The notes: generated by a model from the sequence alone, not told the origin. Shown: positions 1 to 10,753, numbered from the stretch's first letter. The stretch: 64,000 nucleotides of DNA from Candidatus Parcubacteria bacterium (GCA_046050355.1 JBJOPW010000002.1:1-64000); one strand, 5' to 3'. Translations and numbers: made by a program.

Positions 1-7
1 TGCTAGT

Positions 8-940
8 TTGGGTACTTTTGATGAGAGGACCAGACGAGAGCTTTTTGAAAAAGGTAAAAAAGCAAAGTTTGGCGGCTCCTATTCTCGTGCTGATGATAAA
101 GCATTTGCAAAAGAACAGTCTAATAATATTAGCGATCAGGAAGAACGAGTGGCAAATAAAAAAATTATTGCAGCTGGTACCGCGGCCTTGAGTGTTGATG
201 AAGCGAACCGGACACCGGAACAACATGCGGCTGTACGAAAAATGGCTAGTGTTGTCACCAAAATGGGTCTTTCAGATGTCGAGAAAATGGATGCTTCAAC
301 ACGTAATGCAATCGCCCCATTCATTACCTATAGTCTTATGGAAAAAATTGGCGATAGTAAAGAAATGACCGATTCCGCAAAGTACGCTGTAAAGACTGCT
401 CGAAAAGAAGCCTTGAAGAAACTAATCGGCCAAGTTGGTGATGAAGCGGCAAAGGTAACGGCTGAAGTTGCAAAACTAACAATCGAACAAATCGAAGAAC
501 TTGGCGATGAGTGGGTCCTAAAACATGCCGATATACTCTCGACAACACAGATGGATAAAATTAAAGATAGTAAAAAATTCAACCCGTACCAAAAGAATCA
601 GTTTTCAAGTACTCGTTCTACACTCCAGTCTACGTCTAGTCGTACAAAAGATTACTTCTTCCAACTTAAAGCGGATGGTAAAGAGTCACGGCGAAAAGCA
701 GCAGAGGTCGCCGGCTTGGGGCGTGACGTATTCATGCGAGCAGATGATGCCGCACTGCAACACTTGAATGTAGATATCCTTGAAGCTATTGCGGATAAAA
801 AGACTCTTGGCGCTGATGACAGACGAGCACTGGCATCAAAAATAGAACGCCTTGAAGTAAGTGTTAATCCAGAAGCGCGTAATATGAGGGATTGGCTCTT
901 GAGTCCACAAGGATTACGAACTTGGGGTGGTAAAGGTTAA
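8..940 (+). CDS. Hypothetical helical protein, 5'-truncated by the window edge (end of T4SS-like cluster gene)
   Basis: Open frame running from the window start; charged, helical composition; no motif recognised. Confidence 0.6.
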   Translation: MGTFDERTRRELFEKGKKAKFGGSYSRADDKAFAKEQSNNISDQEERVANKKIIAAGTAALSVDEANRTPEQHAAVRKMASVVTKMGLSDVEKMDASTRNAIAPFITYSLMEKIGDSKEMTDSAKYAVKTARKEALKKLIGQVGDEAAKVTAEVAKLTIEQIEELGDEWVLKHADILSTTQMDKIKDSKKFNPYQKNQFSSTRSTLQSTSSRTKDYFFQLKADGKESRRKAAEVAGLGRDVFMRADDAALQHLNVDILEAIADKKTLGADDRRALASKIERLEVSVNPEARNMRDWLLSPQGLRTWGGKG

Positions 941-950
941 TGTATAATAT

Positions 951-1643
951 ATGGAACTTGATCAACATCGTGACGCAATAGTCAGTAGCATGAAACCTGT
1001 ACAAAAATACTTGTACAGTTCTTCGTACAGTGGTCAAAGATTATCCGCCTTGGCTACTACATATGCACTTGGTGAAAAATATTACGAGTTTGCAATCACT
1101 ATAGGTGATATCATTCTCGGTTTCTACAAAATCGAGGATACGGTACCCCTACTGCAACAAGAATTGGGTCTCGACCCAAAGACTGCCGCCCTACTCGGGG
1201 CAGAAGTGCTTGAATTCCTAGCTCCCCTTAATGATCCTACCTGGCAACCACCAATGGCAATAGGTGACGCCGACGAAAGTGAAGCCATCACGGCAAATAA
1301 TGCAACGTCATCAAGTCCTCAAGAACCAGCTATAAACCGCATTCCGCTCAAGTCACCAGCGCTGTTTGCCATGCCTGCTACTACTCCTCCGCCTGTAGCT
1401 GCAACGTTGATTGAGCCCGTACCGGTACCGGCAGCTGCGCCAATGCCACCCGAGACGCCAATCTACACACCAACACCAGCTGGCTATACTGCCAACCATG
1501 AGCCAACCCCGGTATACCAATCGAGTCAACCAATGCCGGCGCCACTCTCTTCGATTCCGAGCTATACCCCAGCGCCAACTCCGCCAGCACCAGCAGCGCC
1601 TACCCCTGCTCCAGACCGACCACGGTGGAGTACTGAGATTTAG
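951..1643 (+). CDS. Hypothetical protein with Pro-rich C-terminal tail
   Basis: 230-aa ORF; globular N-terminus followed by a low-complexity P/A/T tail. Confidence 0.7.
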   Translation: MELDQHRDAIVSSMKPVQKYLYSSSYSGQRLSALATTYALGEKYYEFAITIGDIILGFYKIEDTVPLLQQELGLDPKTAALLGAEVLEFLAPLNDPTWQPPMAIGDADESEAITANNATSSSPQEPAINRIPLKSPALFAMPATTPPPVAATLIEPVPVPAAAPMPPETPIYTPTPAGYTANHEPTPVYQSSQPMPAPLSSIPSYTPAPTPPAPAAPTPAPDRPRWSTEI

Positions 1644-1748
1644 CCCGTTAGAAGTTACCTGACCAAGGTGCGTTATATACAAAAGGCCGTACCTCTTTGT
1701 ACAGTCGCTAATAGGACTTCTAACGGGCCGAATGTATAATAGACAGGT

Positions 1749-2162
1749 ATGCAGTTTGAAGTCCCGCAGTTCATCGAAATCGAAGACAAAATCTTTGGTC
1801 CACTCACCTGGCGGCAATTTCTCTATGTCGGTGGGGGAGGCCTCATGGCGGTAGTGCTCTTTTTGACCACGCCACTGATTGTTTTTATTTTGATTGGTCT
1901 TCCGATTGGGATTGTCGCTTTTCTCCTAGCGTTTTATCCAGTTAATAACCGTCCCTTCTCACACCTCCTTGAAGCCATGTGGAAGTTCCTTACTCGTGCA
2001 CGGGTCTACCATTGGCAACGCAAGCAAGAAGTGGTATACAAAGACGCTGCGCCTGTCTACGATGGCTCGGACAATCCGGCCCTCACTGATACCCTTATGG
2101 GCAAAAAAGATATTGCCTCATTAGCTCGTCGCCTCGAACTAGACGCAATGCAAAAAAAGTAA
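1749..2162 (+). CDS. PrgI-family membrane protein
   Basis: N-terminal MQFEVPQFIEIEDKIFGPLTWRQF motif plus two TM helices; lies upstream of a VirB4-like ATPase. Confidence 0.85.
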   Translation: MQFEVPQFIEIEDKIFGPLTWRQFLYVGGGGLMAVVLFLTTPLIVFILIGLPIGIVAFLLAFYPVNNRPFSHLLEAMWKFLTRARVYHWQRKQEVVYKDAAPVYDGSDNPALTDTLMGKKDIASLARRLELDAMQKK

Positions 2163-2165
2163 TCT

Positions 2166-2789
2166 ATGGCCTCTTCTACATCCACTACTCAGGATTTTGT
2201 ACCTATCCGTGATATCAAAAACGGAGTAGTTATTCTCAAAAACGGCCAGCTCTGTAAAGTGCTCCTCGCATCATCAATCAACTTTGCTTTGAAGTCACGT
2301 GACGAGCAGCAAGCCATTTTGTTTCAATTCCAAAATTTCTTGAACACCCTCGATTTTTCCCTACAAATCTATGTACAGTCCCGTCGATTGAACATTGAGC
2401 CGTACCTGGCCACCCTTAAATCACTCGAATCTATCCAATACAGTGACCTGATGCGAGTGCAGTTGCGAGAATATATAGAGTTTATCCGCACCTTTACCAC
2501 TGAGGTGGATGTGATGAGTAAAAACTTTTTTGTTATCATACCGTATACACCACCTCGTCTCGATTTCAAAAAGAGTTTCTCAACCATACTGTCACAAGGA
2601 CGAGCGATTGAAACCAACACATTAGACGAACAACGTCTACAACTAGAACAACGTCAGACGGTGGTTGAACAAGGTCTCAACCGCATTGGTGTACGCACCA
2701 TTGCACTCCGTGATGATGAACTGGTTGAACTCTTTTATCATATCTATAACCCGAGTGATGTGACCGGGAGCGCACCAACACGCCAATAA
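2166..2789 (+). CDS. TraC/VirB4 N-terminal-like protein
   Basis: TQDFVPIRDIKNGVVILK...SSINFALKSRDEQ pattern; position between PrgI and VirB4. Confidence 0.7.
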   Translation: MASSTSTTQDFVPIRDIKNGVVILKNGQLCKVLLASSINFALKSRDEQQAILFQFQNFLNTLDFSLQIYVQSRRLNIEPYLATLKSLESIQYSDLMRVQLREYIEFIRTFTTEVDVMSKNFFVIIPYTPPRLDFKKSFSTILSQGRAIETNTLDEQRLQLEQRQTVVEQGLNRIGVRTIALRDDELVELFYHIYNPSDVTGSAPTRQ

Positions 2790-2800
2790 TCGTATTTTGT

Positions 2801-4594
2801 ATGGGTATTCTCGATAACTTTAAACCAAAAAAACCAACCGGTGATATCAATGTCAGTGATAGTCTCCTGACCCTCACTGATGTAGTCGCTCCATCGGCGG
2901 TGTCTATTACTCCCCGGAGTATCAATGTCAGCGGCACCTTGGCCCGGGTGTTTTATGCCGTCTCGTACCCACGCTACCTGACCGATGGTTGGCTTGAACC
3001 AATTCTCAATATGGAGAAGGAGCTTGATGTGTCGATTGTGATTCACCCGATTAATACTGCCGAAACTCTCAAAAAATTCCAAAAGAAAGTGGCCGAGGTA
3101 CAAAGCCAAATCAATATGCGTGCCTCACGCGGGGAAGTGCGGGATCCGCAACTCGAAGCGGCCTACCGCAACCTCGAAGATCTCCGCGATAAACTCCAGC
3201 AAGCGGAAGAAAAGCTATTTGATGTGGGGTTGTATATAGCGATTTATGGTGAAAATGATGCGGTTTTGAACAAAGTAGAAAACGAGATCAAAGGCAGCCT
3301 CGACTCTCGACTCATCTATATCAAACCAGCCCTCTTTAAGCAGGAGCAGGGGATTCATAGTATTGTCCCCACGGCCACTGACGAACTGTTGGTCCATAGC
3401 AAGTTTAATTCTTCGCCCCTCTCGAGTTTCTTCCCGTTCACCTCGTTTGACCTCACCTCAGACAACGGCATTCTCTATGGTATCAATCGTCACAACTCGT
3501 CTCTCGTCCTCTTTGACCGCTTTAGTCTCACGAACTACAACTCGGTAACCTTTGCCACTTCTGGCGCCGGGAAGTCATACAGTATTAAGCTTGAAATCCT
3601 GCGGTCACTGATGTTTGGGTCTGAGGTAATTGTGATTGACCCGGAACGTGAATATGAATATTTGGCCGAAGCCACGGGCGGACGTTTTTTCAATATTTCT
3701 CTATCGTCAAACCACCACATTAACCCGTTTGACCTCCCGCCGCCTGGCAATGATGAAAATCCAGCTGATGTGCTGCGCTCCCAGGTAGTACACTTAATTG
3801 GACTATTTCGCCTCATGCTCGGTGGACTTTCACCAGAAGAGGAGACGGTGGTTGACCTCGCCATCCGTGAGACCTACGCCCTTAAAGATATAACCGAACA
3901 TACTAACTTTGCTGAACTTGAGCCACCACTGTTGTCTGACTTTGAGATGGTACTGGCGGGTATGAATGGTTCCGCATCGTTGATTTCACGACTGCAGAAG
4001 TACACCTCGGGTACCTGGTCTGGCTTTATGAACCAACCGACTAATGTGGACATCAACCAGAAGTTTGTCGTATTTAGTCTCCGCGATATGGAGGATGAAC
4101 TGAAGACCATCGCCATGTTCATCATCACGAACTACATCTGGTCGGCTATTCGTCGCCGTCTCGTCAAGCGTCTTCTCGTTATCGATGAAGCGTGGTGGAT
4201 GATGAAGAGTGAAGACACTGCCTCGTTCCTCTTTAGTCTCGCCAAACGTGGTCGAAAATACTACCTTGGTATTGCGACCATCACCCAAGACGTGGACGAT
4301 TTCCTCCGCTCCCCGTATGGAGTACCAATGATTACAAACTCTTCGCTTCAGTTTTTGATGAAGCAATCACCAACCGCGATTGATAACATTCAACGCACCT
4401 TCAACCTCACCGATGAGGAGAAATACCTCCTCCTTGAGTCCGATGTTGGGGAAGGGCTCTTCTTCGTAGGTCTCAAGCATGTCGCCATTAAGGTGATTGC
4501 CTCATATACCGAAGACCAAATCATCACCTCAGATCCATCCCAAATCCTCAAAATCCAACAAGCCAAACGCGATCTAGAAGCCCGCGACCTGTAG
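2801..4594 (+). CDS. VirB4-like conjugative/T4SS ATPase
   Basis: Walker A ATSGAGKS, IDPEREY, Walker B LLVIDEAW, KRGRKY, TQ motif. Confidence 0.9.
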   Translation: MGILDNFKPKKPTGDINVSDSLLTLTDVVAPSAVSITPRSINVSGTLARVFYAVSYPRYLTDGWLEPILNMEKELDVSIVIHPINTAETLKKFQKKVAEVQSQINMRASRGEVRDPQLEAAYRNLEDLRDKLQQAEEKLFDVGLYIAIYGENDAVLNKVENEIKGSLDSRLIYIKPALFKQEQGIHSIVPTATDELLVHSKFNSSPLSSFFPFTSFDLTSDNGILYGINRHNSSLVLFDRFSLTNYNSVTFATSGAGKSYSIKLEILRSLMFGSEVIVIDPEREYEYLAEATGGRFFNISLSSNHHINPFDLPPPGNDENPADVLRSQVVHLIGLFRLMLGGLSPEEETVVDLAIRETYALKDITEHTNFAELEPPLLSDFEMVLAGMNGSASLISRLQKYTSGTWSGFMNQPTNVDINQKFVVFSLRDMEDELKTIAMFIITNYIWSAIRRRLVKRLLVIDEAWWMMKSEDTASFLFSLAKRGRKYYLGIATITQDVDDFLRSPYGVPMITNSSLQFLMKQSPTAIDNIQRTFNLTDEEKYLLLESDVGEGLFFVGLKHVAIKVIASYTEDQIITSDPSQILKIQQAKRDLEARDL

Positions 4595-4607
4595 TATACT
4601 GTCCTTA

Positions 4608-5378
4608 ATGGCAACCAAGCAGTACACAGGCTATACCATAGAAGACAGCCCGTATGGATCAGTATCCGGTGATTTTAATAAACGCCAACAAGATCGTCAG
4701 GGTTTTGGTGTCCAAAATGTCAAAGCCACCGGCAATACATCAACCCGTCGAGTATCCGAGCGGGCATTTGAGTATGGTGGTAGACAAACAGCTAATCTCG
4801 GCAAAAGACTCAAGGAAGAAGCCCGGGCTCGAGAACTAAGCGGCAAAAACGACGTAATGACCAAGGGTCTCCAGCGAACTGGTGAACGACTCAATAAAAT
4901 GGGTCGAGTGGCACGAGCCTCTAGTCGTGGTTTTGCGTTCCGCAAAGGTGTGGTATCGAAGGCCGCGGCACGATTACAGGTTGGGTTTACTCTGGGGTGG
5001 ACTGGTTTCCTTAATATTTTGAGCCTTCCTGTTGGGATTATGGCATTGGCTGGTTTTGGTGGGGCGGCTTTGATTGATAGCACTACCGGTGGTGAAATTG
5101 GTGCCCGGGTTGCGGCATGGATGTTAGGGCTTGAGTACTTTAATATTTGGGTACTGGCGATTGGCCTCTATGTACTCCATGCTTTTTTGGTGATCACTAT
5201 GTTTGCTGGTTCCTATATCCAGCTAAAACTCGGTGGCATACAACCCCTCCATGGGCAGGCCGCCGTTGCCAAAAATCTCACTTTTCTTTCGGCCTTTTTG
5301 ATATCAGCGATACCGGGCACTACCTTTGTTCCGTGGATTTTTATTTGGCTCTTTATTGTCATGCTCTATCCCAATTAG
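4608..5378 (+). CDS. Hypothetical membrane protein
   Basis: Basic N-terminus and several C-terminal hydrophobic helices. Confidence 0.65.
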   Translation: MATKQYTGYTIEDSPYGSVSGDFNKRQQDRQGFGVQNVKATGNTSTRRVSERAFEYGGRQTANLGKRLKEEARARELSGKNDVMTKGLQRTGERLNKMGRVARASSRGFAFRKGVVSKAAARLQVGFTLGWTGFLNILSLPVGIMALAGFGGAALIDSTTGGEIGARVAAWMLGLEYFNIWVLAIGLYVLHAFLVITMFAGSYIQLKLGGIQPLHGQAAVAKNLTFLSAFLISAIPGTTFVPWIFIWLFIVMLYPN

Positions 5379-5418
5379 AGCTCGAGATTATCGGAATCGG
5401 TCTGATACAATACGTAGT

Positions 5419-6387
5419 ATGAAGTACCTCGTGTTTGTTACGATTCTTTTTCTGAGGCTCATAGATCCTGTCCATGCCCAGTTTGATATCGGCTTTGCTG
5501 ATACTACCAACACTTTGGCAGTGGTGGCGAACCCGGCCTTCCCGGCCCCTGGCGAAACGGTGACCGTGAGTCTCGATGACTATGCGCTTGGTGCTCTGTT
5601 TAGCACCATTTCCTGGTATACCAATGGGGTTGAGGTAACCACCGCTCGAAACCAACGTTCATTCTCTTTGACAGCACCGGCCGTTGGTGAAACGATTACC
5701 ATCACTGCCCGGCAGGGTATGACTGGTGGCATACTGAAGGAAGCTAGTGTCACCATCACATCACTCTATACAGATATCATTGTAGAACCACAAACATATA
5801 CCCCAAGACTCTATCAGGGTCGAGCCGAGCCTAGTGTCGGGAGCCTCGTTCGAGCCACCGCTCTCGTGCAAGATAAAACCGGTTTTATAAATCCAAGTAC
5901 CCATTCATATCTCTGGAAACTCAATGGCACCACTCTCGGTGGTGGTGCTCGGCATGGGGCTTTACAAACCGAATACCAAGTACCCTATGGAGAATCACAC
6001 ATACTCTCGGTTGAAGTATACGACAGCAAAGGTCAGTTGGTAGCCCGCCGAGGTACCAGCATCAGAACAAAGGAGGTTGATCTCGTGCTCTATGAGGTAC
6101 ACCCCCTCTATGGGCGGAGTAACTTAGCAGTTGGCAATACTATGCAATTCCTAGCGAATACCCTCATGTTCCGTGCGGTACCATACAATCTCGATCTCCG
6201 TTCCAATCCACAGAATACTTTTTCGGAATGGCGGGTTGGAAGTCGCAAGGTTTCAAGTGATATCACGAGCCCATTTGATCTTACCCTCGAACGCTCAGGG
6301 CAAGGCGTCATGAATGTTAACTTCAAATTACGGCACCGGGAAGCCTTGCTCCAAGGCGGGGAAGTGAGTACAACGCTCAATTTTTAA
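5419..6387 (+). CDS. Secreted beta-rich (Ig-like) protein
   Basis: ATG at 5419 followed by signal-peptide-like MKYLVFVTILFLRLIDPVHA; beta-strand-rich mature region. Confidence 0.65.
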   Translation: MKYLVFVTILFLRLIDPVHAQFDIGFADTTNTLAVVANPAFPAPGETVTVSLDDYALGALFSTISWYTNGVEVTTARNQRSFSLTAPAVGETITITARQGMTGGILKEASVTITSLYTDIIVEPQTYTPRLYQGRAEPSVGSLVRATALVQDKTGFINPSTHSYLWKLNGTTLGGGARHGALQTEYQVPYGESHILSVEVYDSKGQLVARRGTSIRTKEVDLVLYEVHPLYGRSNLAVGNTMQFLANTLMFRAVPYNLDLRSNPQNTFSEWRVGSRKVSSDITSPFDLTLERSGQGVMNVNFKLRHREALLQGGEVSTTLNF

Positions 6388-6390
6388 CCT

Positions 6391-7551
6391 ATGAAACGTC
6401 TCTATTTCTTCATCATCGCTGGCCTTATCATCCTGGTACTGATTGGTTTTTGGGTGTATAGCTTTCTCTATGGATCACCTTCAAACGAAGATTCCATCTT
6501 TACGAACCTTGGCATATTTGGACAAAATAATACTGAAGAAATCTACACTCCCCCAGTACTTGATGAAGTACCAACAGTTGATGTGGCTACCGAACAGCTG
6601 CGCCAACTCACCACCAAGGCTGTTATTGGTGCGCGTATAGTCGACAATGCTTCGACCACTGTCATGCGGTATGTAGAGGCAGGTACTGGCCATATATTTG
6701 ATATCGATTTGGTAACCGGTCAAGAAACTCGTATCTCAAATATCTCGATACCAGCCGCCGAAAAAGCCGTAGTGAGTCCAAGTGGCAATTATGCAGCGGT
6801 CCGCTCCGGACTTGGAAATGAAGAAACAGTGACCCTGGTAGATATAACAACCAGTGATAACCCAACGAGCACCAAGCTGCCTAATCAGATTCGTTCATTT
6901 GCTTTTGGTTACAATAACGAACTCCTCTTTACTGAAATATCACTTGGCCAAACTGAAGGTAAAGGGTACCTACCAAGTACCGCTGCTACCCACCGACTTT
7001 TTACTGCGCCTTTTGTCGCACATGAGATGGCCTGGAGTGAGAGTAGCAGTACGAGCCATATCATTTACACCAAGCCAACAGCTAGCATGATCGGCTACGC
7101 CTATGAAATAACCGCTAGTGGCCTCAAACGCTTCCCGTATAGTGGTTTTGGACTCACCATTACCCAGAGTGGGGGAGTGCGATTTGTTGGGCGTCAGGGG
7201 GATAGTGGCTATGGCACCATCGTTATTAATCGGTCGGGACAAGTATTTGAATCGCCAGGAGCAATTATGCCTGAGAAGTGTGTCGGAGGGACGGGAGCCC
7301 GCGATAATCAGTTCTGTGCTAGTCCATTTGCACTAACCGAGCCTGATTTCCCTGACGCTTGGTACAAAGGGCGATACGTTAGTAACGACAACCTTTGGGA
7401 GATTAGTGCTGGCAAAGGAAGCCTGCTCGTTTACCCAAGCCACACCATTGGACGCAACTTTGATGTTCAGAATCTCCAAATGAGCGAGGACGATGGGATG
7501 TTATACTTTATCAACCGTATTGATAACACCCTCTGGCTTTATGAAATATAG
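6391..7551 (+). CDS. Membrane-anchored extracellular protein, beta-propeller-like
   Basis: N-terminal TM anchor; WD/propeller-like segments (TGHIFDIDL, VSPSGNY, LYFINRIDNTLW). Confidence 0.65.
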   Translation: MKRLYFFIIAGLIILVLIGFWVYSFLYGSPSNEDSIFTNLGIFGQNNTEEIYTPPVLDEVPTVDVATEQLRQLTTKAVIGARIVDNASTTVMRYVEAGTGHIFDIDLVTGQETRISNISIPAAEKAVVSPSGNYAAVRSGLGNEETVTLVDITTSDNPTSTKLPNQIRSFAFGYNNELLFTEISLGQTEGKGYLPSTAATHRLFTAPFVAHEMAWSESSSTSHIIYTKPTASMIGYAYEITASGLKRFPYSGFGLTITQSGGVRFVGRQGDSGYGTIVINRSGQVFESPGAIMPEKCVGGTGARDNQFCASPFALTEPDFPDAWYKGRYVSNDNLWEISAGKGSLLVYPSHTIGRNFDVQNLQMSEDDGMLYFINRIDNTLWLYEI

Positions 7552-8665
7552 TCTCCTCGCTATCCTCTCTTTTCTCACACTTCCGGCTATTGCTTTGGCG
7601 GGAGGAAGTGAAGGGTTTGTGCCACTAGTCGGTATACCAGGACTAGAAGGCCAACCGACATTTGATGACTATATCGACGCACTTTACGCGCTCGCAATCA
7701 GTGTTGCTGCTCTGATTGCGGTTATACAACTCATTATTGGTGGTGCCCAATACATGATGGATGATCTCATCACGAGTAAAAGCGCCGCCAAAGAACGAAT
7801 CAAAAATGCCCTCATCGGTCTTCTCATCATCATCGCTGCCGCCCTAATTCTCACGACCATCAATAGTAATTTGACCAGTCTTACTATCAACGCTCCGGTT
7901 ATTGATGTTGATAATAGTACTCCGAGTTATATTAGTGAGGCTATTGGGCTTTGCGAAAAAGCCATAAATAGGAATGCAACTTGTGAATCAGTAAGATGTA
8001 CAACAGCAGTAAATTTTGCTCAAACAGATCAATATTGTGCAAATATGTGCACCAACGTACTTCAGGGAGTTATGACGTATAATGGATATAATAGGTGTCA
8101 CTATGCATCAGATCTAGCCGACCAATGCGATCCCCAAAAACATGACTGGTGCTGTGTCAATATAAAAGGTGGGAGTTGGGACAGTGCTACAAAAAAATGT
8201 AGTGGCATGACATCTACACAGACTCTCATTGCACAATGTTATAGCGGTGGGCAAGGTACATGGGATGCTACTAATGGTACTTGCCTTACAACTAATTGTG
8301 ATCCAAAAACAGACGGGCAGTGTTGTAAGCTTGGTTTTGGAGGAACACTATCCGGTGGCCAGTGTGTGACAGCAGTTCAAAATCAACAAGACTGCGAAGC
8401 TACTAATGGTACTTGGAATGCTCAAGCTAATACCTGTACACCAAAAGATGTTGCGAATGATCAATCAGAGTGCTTAGCTCGTACCGGAGACTATCTATGG
8501 GATGCGACTACCGGATCATGTGTTGCTGTTAGCTTCATAAATCCGCCTCCATACATTCTTGATCAATGTCAAGGTGATATAAGTTGTATACAGCTTGGAT
8601 GTAAAACTGAAGGATTTTCATATTTTGACGCTGGACCACCAGTACGTTGTGCTTATGTTCCATAA
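7541..8665 (+). CDS. CPR-type pilin (VirB2/TrbC-like) fused to a Cys-rich repeat domain
   Basis: Signal peptide; pilin core LIIGGAQYM...SAAKERIKNALIGLLII...LILTTIN; C-terminal repeats C-x-G(T/S)W(D/N)xxxxxC. Confidence 0.75.
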   Translation: MKYSLLAILSFLTLPAIALAGGSEGFVPLVGIPGLEGQPTFDDYIDALYALAISVAALIAVIQLIIGGAQYMMDDLITSKSAAKERIKNALIGLLIIIAAALILTTINSNLTSLTINAPVIDVDNSTPSYISEAIGLCEKAINRNATCESVRCTTAVNFAQTDQYCANMCTNVLQGVMTYNGYNRCHYASDLADQCDPQKHDWCCVNIKGGSWDSATKKCSGMTSTQTLIAQCYSGGQGTWDATNGTCLTTNCDPKTDGQCCKLGFGGTLSGGQCVTAVQNQQDCEATNGTWNAQANTCTPKDVANDQSECLARTGDYLWDATTGSCVAVSFINPPPYILDQCQGDISCIQLGCKTEGFSYFDAGPPVRCAYVP

Positions 8666-9238
8666 ATTTTAAATCGGTTTGCTTAAAAATACTTCATTTA
8701 AATGAAGTATTTTTATATTTGCTTATGTAACCGATTCACCACCACAAAACAAGGAGACACTTCAGAAATGGAGTGGTTGTGTACGAATAGAACAACACTT
8801 CACTTACGGCTAGGGAAAATCATTTCCCTAGTCATTACTAATCCATAAAATTCACAGTTTCTTCTCGGTTTATGAATTGGTAATCTAAAGAAAACATGAA
8901 TGAAATGGAAGCATGGTTTAAGACATTAGAAATAGCTCCAATCGCTGAAATTTGCCATGGTCGGCCCTGGACATGAATTTGTGACCTAAGAAGAGTGGGT
9001 ACTAATTTGAACAACGAGGACGAGGCCATTAGGTGAGAAATGGGTAGGGACCCATTTTGCAAGACTTATTGAGATATTTTTTGAGTGTAAACGAAAGAAA
9101 ATATCCAATAAGTAGACAGTTTCTGTAAGAAATAGCCTTTGCTCACGGCACCAGGGTATACCGATTTTTATAGTCGTCATAACTCCTTAAAAATTCATAA
9201 AATTCGCCATTGTCGCGCTATGCGCTCTGTGGCTCATT

Positions 9239-9970
9239 TCACCGATGCTTGCGAACGAGGAGTTCTTGGATGATGGTCGCGATGTTACTCACCACAAAGT
9301 AAAGGGCGATGGCAGCCGAGAAGGCATAGGCCACAAAAACCATAAAAATTGGCATCACATATTTCATCTGAAGCTGCATGTTGCGGGTGAAATCATCCTT
9401 CATACTTGGTGCCGCATTTGGATCTTTGGGGGCGAGTTTTGGTAGGGAGAGGGAAGTGGCAATAAACTGTGTACCACCAGCTACCAATGCCAGGGCCAGA
9501 CTTGAAGCGGCAATATCAAAGTGTCCGAGGAAGAGCATCGAGACTGTTTCTGGTGTTGGTACAAAACTATAGAGAATATCAGGATTAATAGTAGGTAACT
9601 TAAAACCGCCACTACCACTGACCGCAATTAAACCGAGTGCCAAGATGATGGGTAATTGAATGAACAAGACCATCATACTCGCAAATGGACTGAGGCCCGC
9701 TTCTTTGTACACCGCCATCATAGCCTGTGCTTGACCTGGCTTATCGTCTTTGAAATCAATTTTGATCTGCTTGAGCTTTGGCTCGATTTCCCGCATGATC
9801 TTCTGTGTCTTCACTGCCTTAATGGAGAGCGGGAAGAGAAGCACTTTTATAACAATCACGGTCGCTATAATTGCAAGTCCTAAGTCGCCGTTTGGTACCG
9901 AATCAAGGAAAAAAACGAGGAGGTTGTAAACTGGATCAAAGAAAAACGTGTGCCAAATGTAACTAAACAT
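9239..9970 (-). CDS. yidC: Membrane protein insertase YidC
   Basis: GLAIIxTxxIKxLLFPL, IQLPI, LYFVVSN motifs; canonical rpmH-rnpA-yidC order. Confidence 0.95.
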   Translation of the reverse strand: MFSYIWHTFFFDPVYNLLVFFLDSVPNGDLGLAIIATVIVIKVLLFPLSIKAVKTQKIMREIEPKLKQIKIDFKDDKPGQAQAMMAVYKEAGLSPFASMMVLFIQLPIILALGLIAVSGSGGFKLPTINPDILYSFVPTPETVSMLFLGHFDIAASSLALALVAGGTQFIATSLSLPKLAPKDPNAAPSMKDDFTRNMQLQMKYVMPIFMVFVAYAFSAAIALYFVVSNIATIIQELLVRKHR

Positions 9971-9982
9971 AGTGGCGCTATT

Positions 9983-10321
9983 CTACCTCGACTTATTGAT
10001 TTGTGCGAGAAGGTCTGAAATGGCAGCCGCCACCTGTGCCCGAGTGGGAGTAGGGGAGGTGGGTTTGAGGAGGAAAATCCCCGCCACCTTAACCACACCA
10101 CCATCTTCACGGAGATAGCGTTCTACTACCCCATAGACCTGACGACGGAGGCGATTGCGGACAACTGCTTGCTTTGCCACTTTTTTACTCACCACCACAG
10201 AAAATGCCGGGCCAGGAGCTACTTGGTAGACAAGCTGACAAAGTGGGACATGGAGGCGCTTCCCGGTCTTAAAGATGGTTTCGAATTGACCACGGGGGAT
10301 ACGCTCGGCTTTTTTAAGCAT
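9983..10321 (-). CDS. rnpA: RNase P protein component
   Basis: VSKKVAKQAVVRNRLRR motif. Confidence 0.95.
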   Translation of the reverse strand: MLKKAERIPRGQFETIFKTGKRLHVPLCQLVYQVAPGPAFSVVVSKKVAKQAVVRNRLRRQVYGVVERYLREDGGVVKVAGIFLLKPTSPTPTRAQVAAAISDLLAQINKSR

Positions 10322-10514
10322 GTAAACAGTATATCAGTAGAATTAAGCGCAAAATTTTTGAATCTTTACCTTTGTTAAGACTTCATCAAATGACCCTAGA
10401 TACTAGGCGTCGAGGAGCGAAAATATGAGGCGTACTTGGATGTACGTTGAATGTTTTCGCAACGAAGACAACAACGTAGATAGGGTTAGTTGATGGAGTC
10501 TAGCAAAAAAGCTC

Positions 10515-10664
10515 TTAACGAGCTTTCTTGACCGTTAGCTGATGTCGGCCTTTGCGGCGACGAGCGCGAATGACTTTGCGGCCAGAGGTTGTCTCTTGAC
10601 GCACGAGGAAACCGTGGGTGGTTGCTCGCTTGCGCTTACTTGGTTGGTAGGTTCGTTTACTCAT
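10515..10664 (-). CDS. rpmH: 50S ribosomal protein L34 (not in the ORF track)
   Basis: Hand translation: [49 protein letters not shown]. Confidence 0.97.
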   Translation of the reverse strand: MSKRTYQPSKRKRATTHGFLVRQETTSGRKVIRARRRKGRHQLTVKKAR

Positions 10665-10733
10665 ATGGATTAATGTTCCGGCACACTATACCTGAATATC
10701 AAAAAATAGCAACCGGCAAAATCTGGTACCTAC

Positions 10734-10753
10734 TTTTACACAGGTTATACACA
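10734..10753. promoter_or_regulatory. DnaA boxes upstream of dnaA
   Basis: TTTTACACA (10734-10742) and TTATACACA (10745-10753) match TTATNCACA with 1 and 0 mismatches. Confidence 0.7.

Noticed and set aside
8838-9180. Two short minus-strand ORFs as a degraded transposase
   Set aside because: No HUH or DDE motif could be identified; left uncalled.
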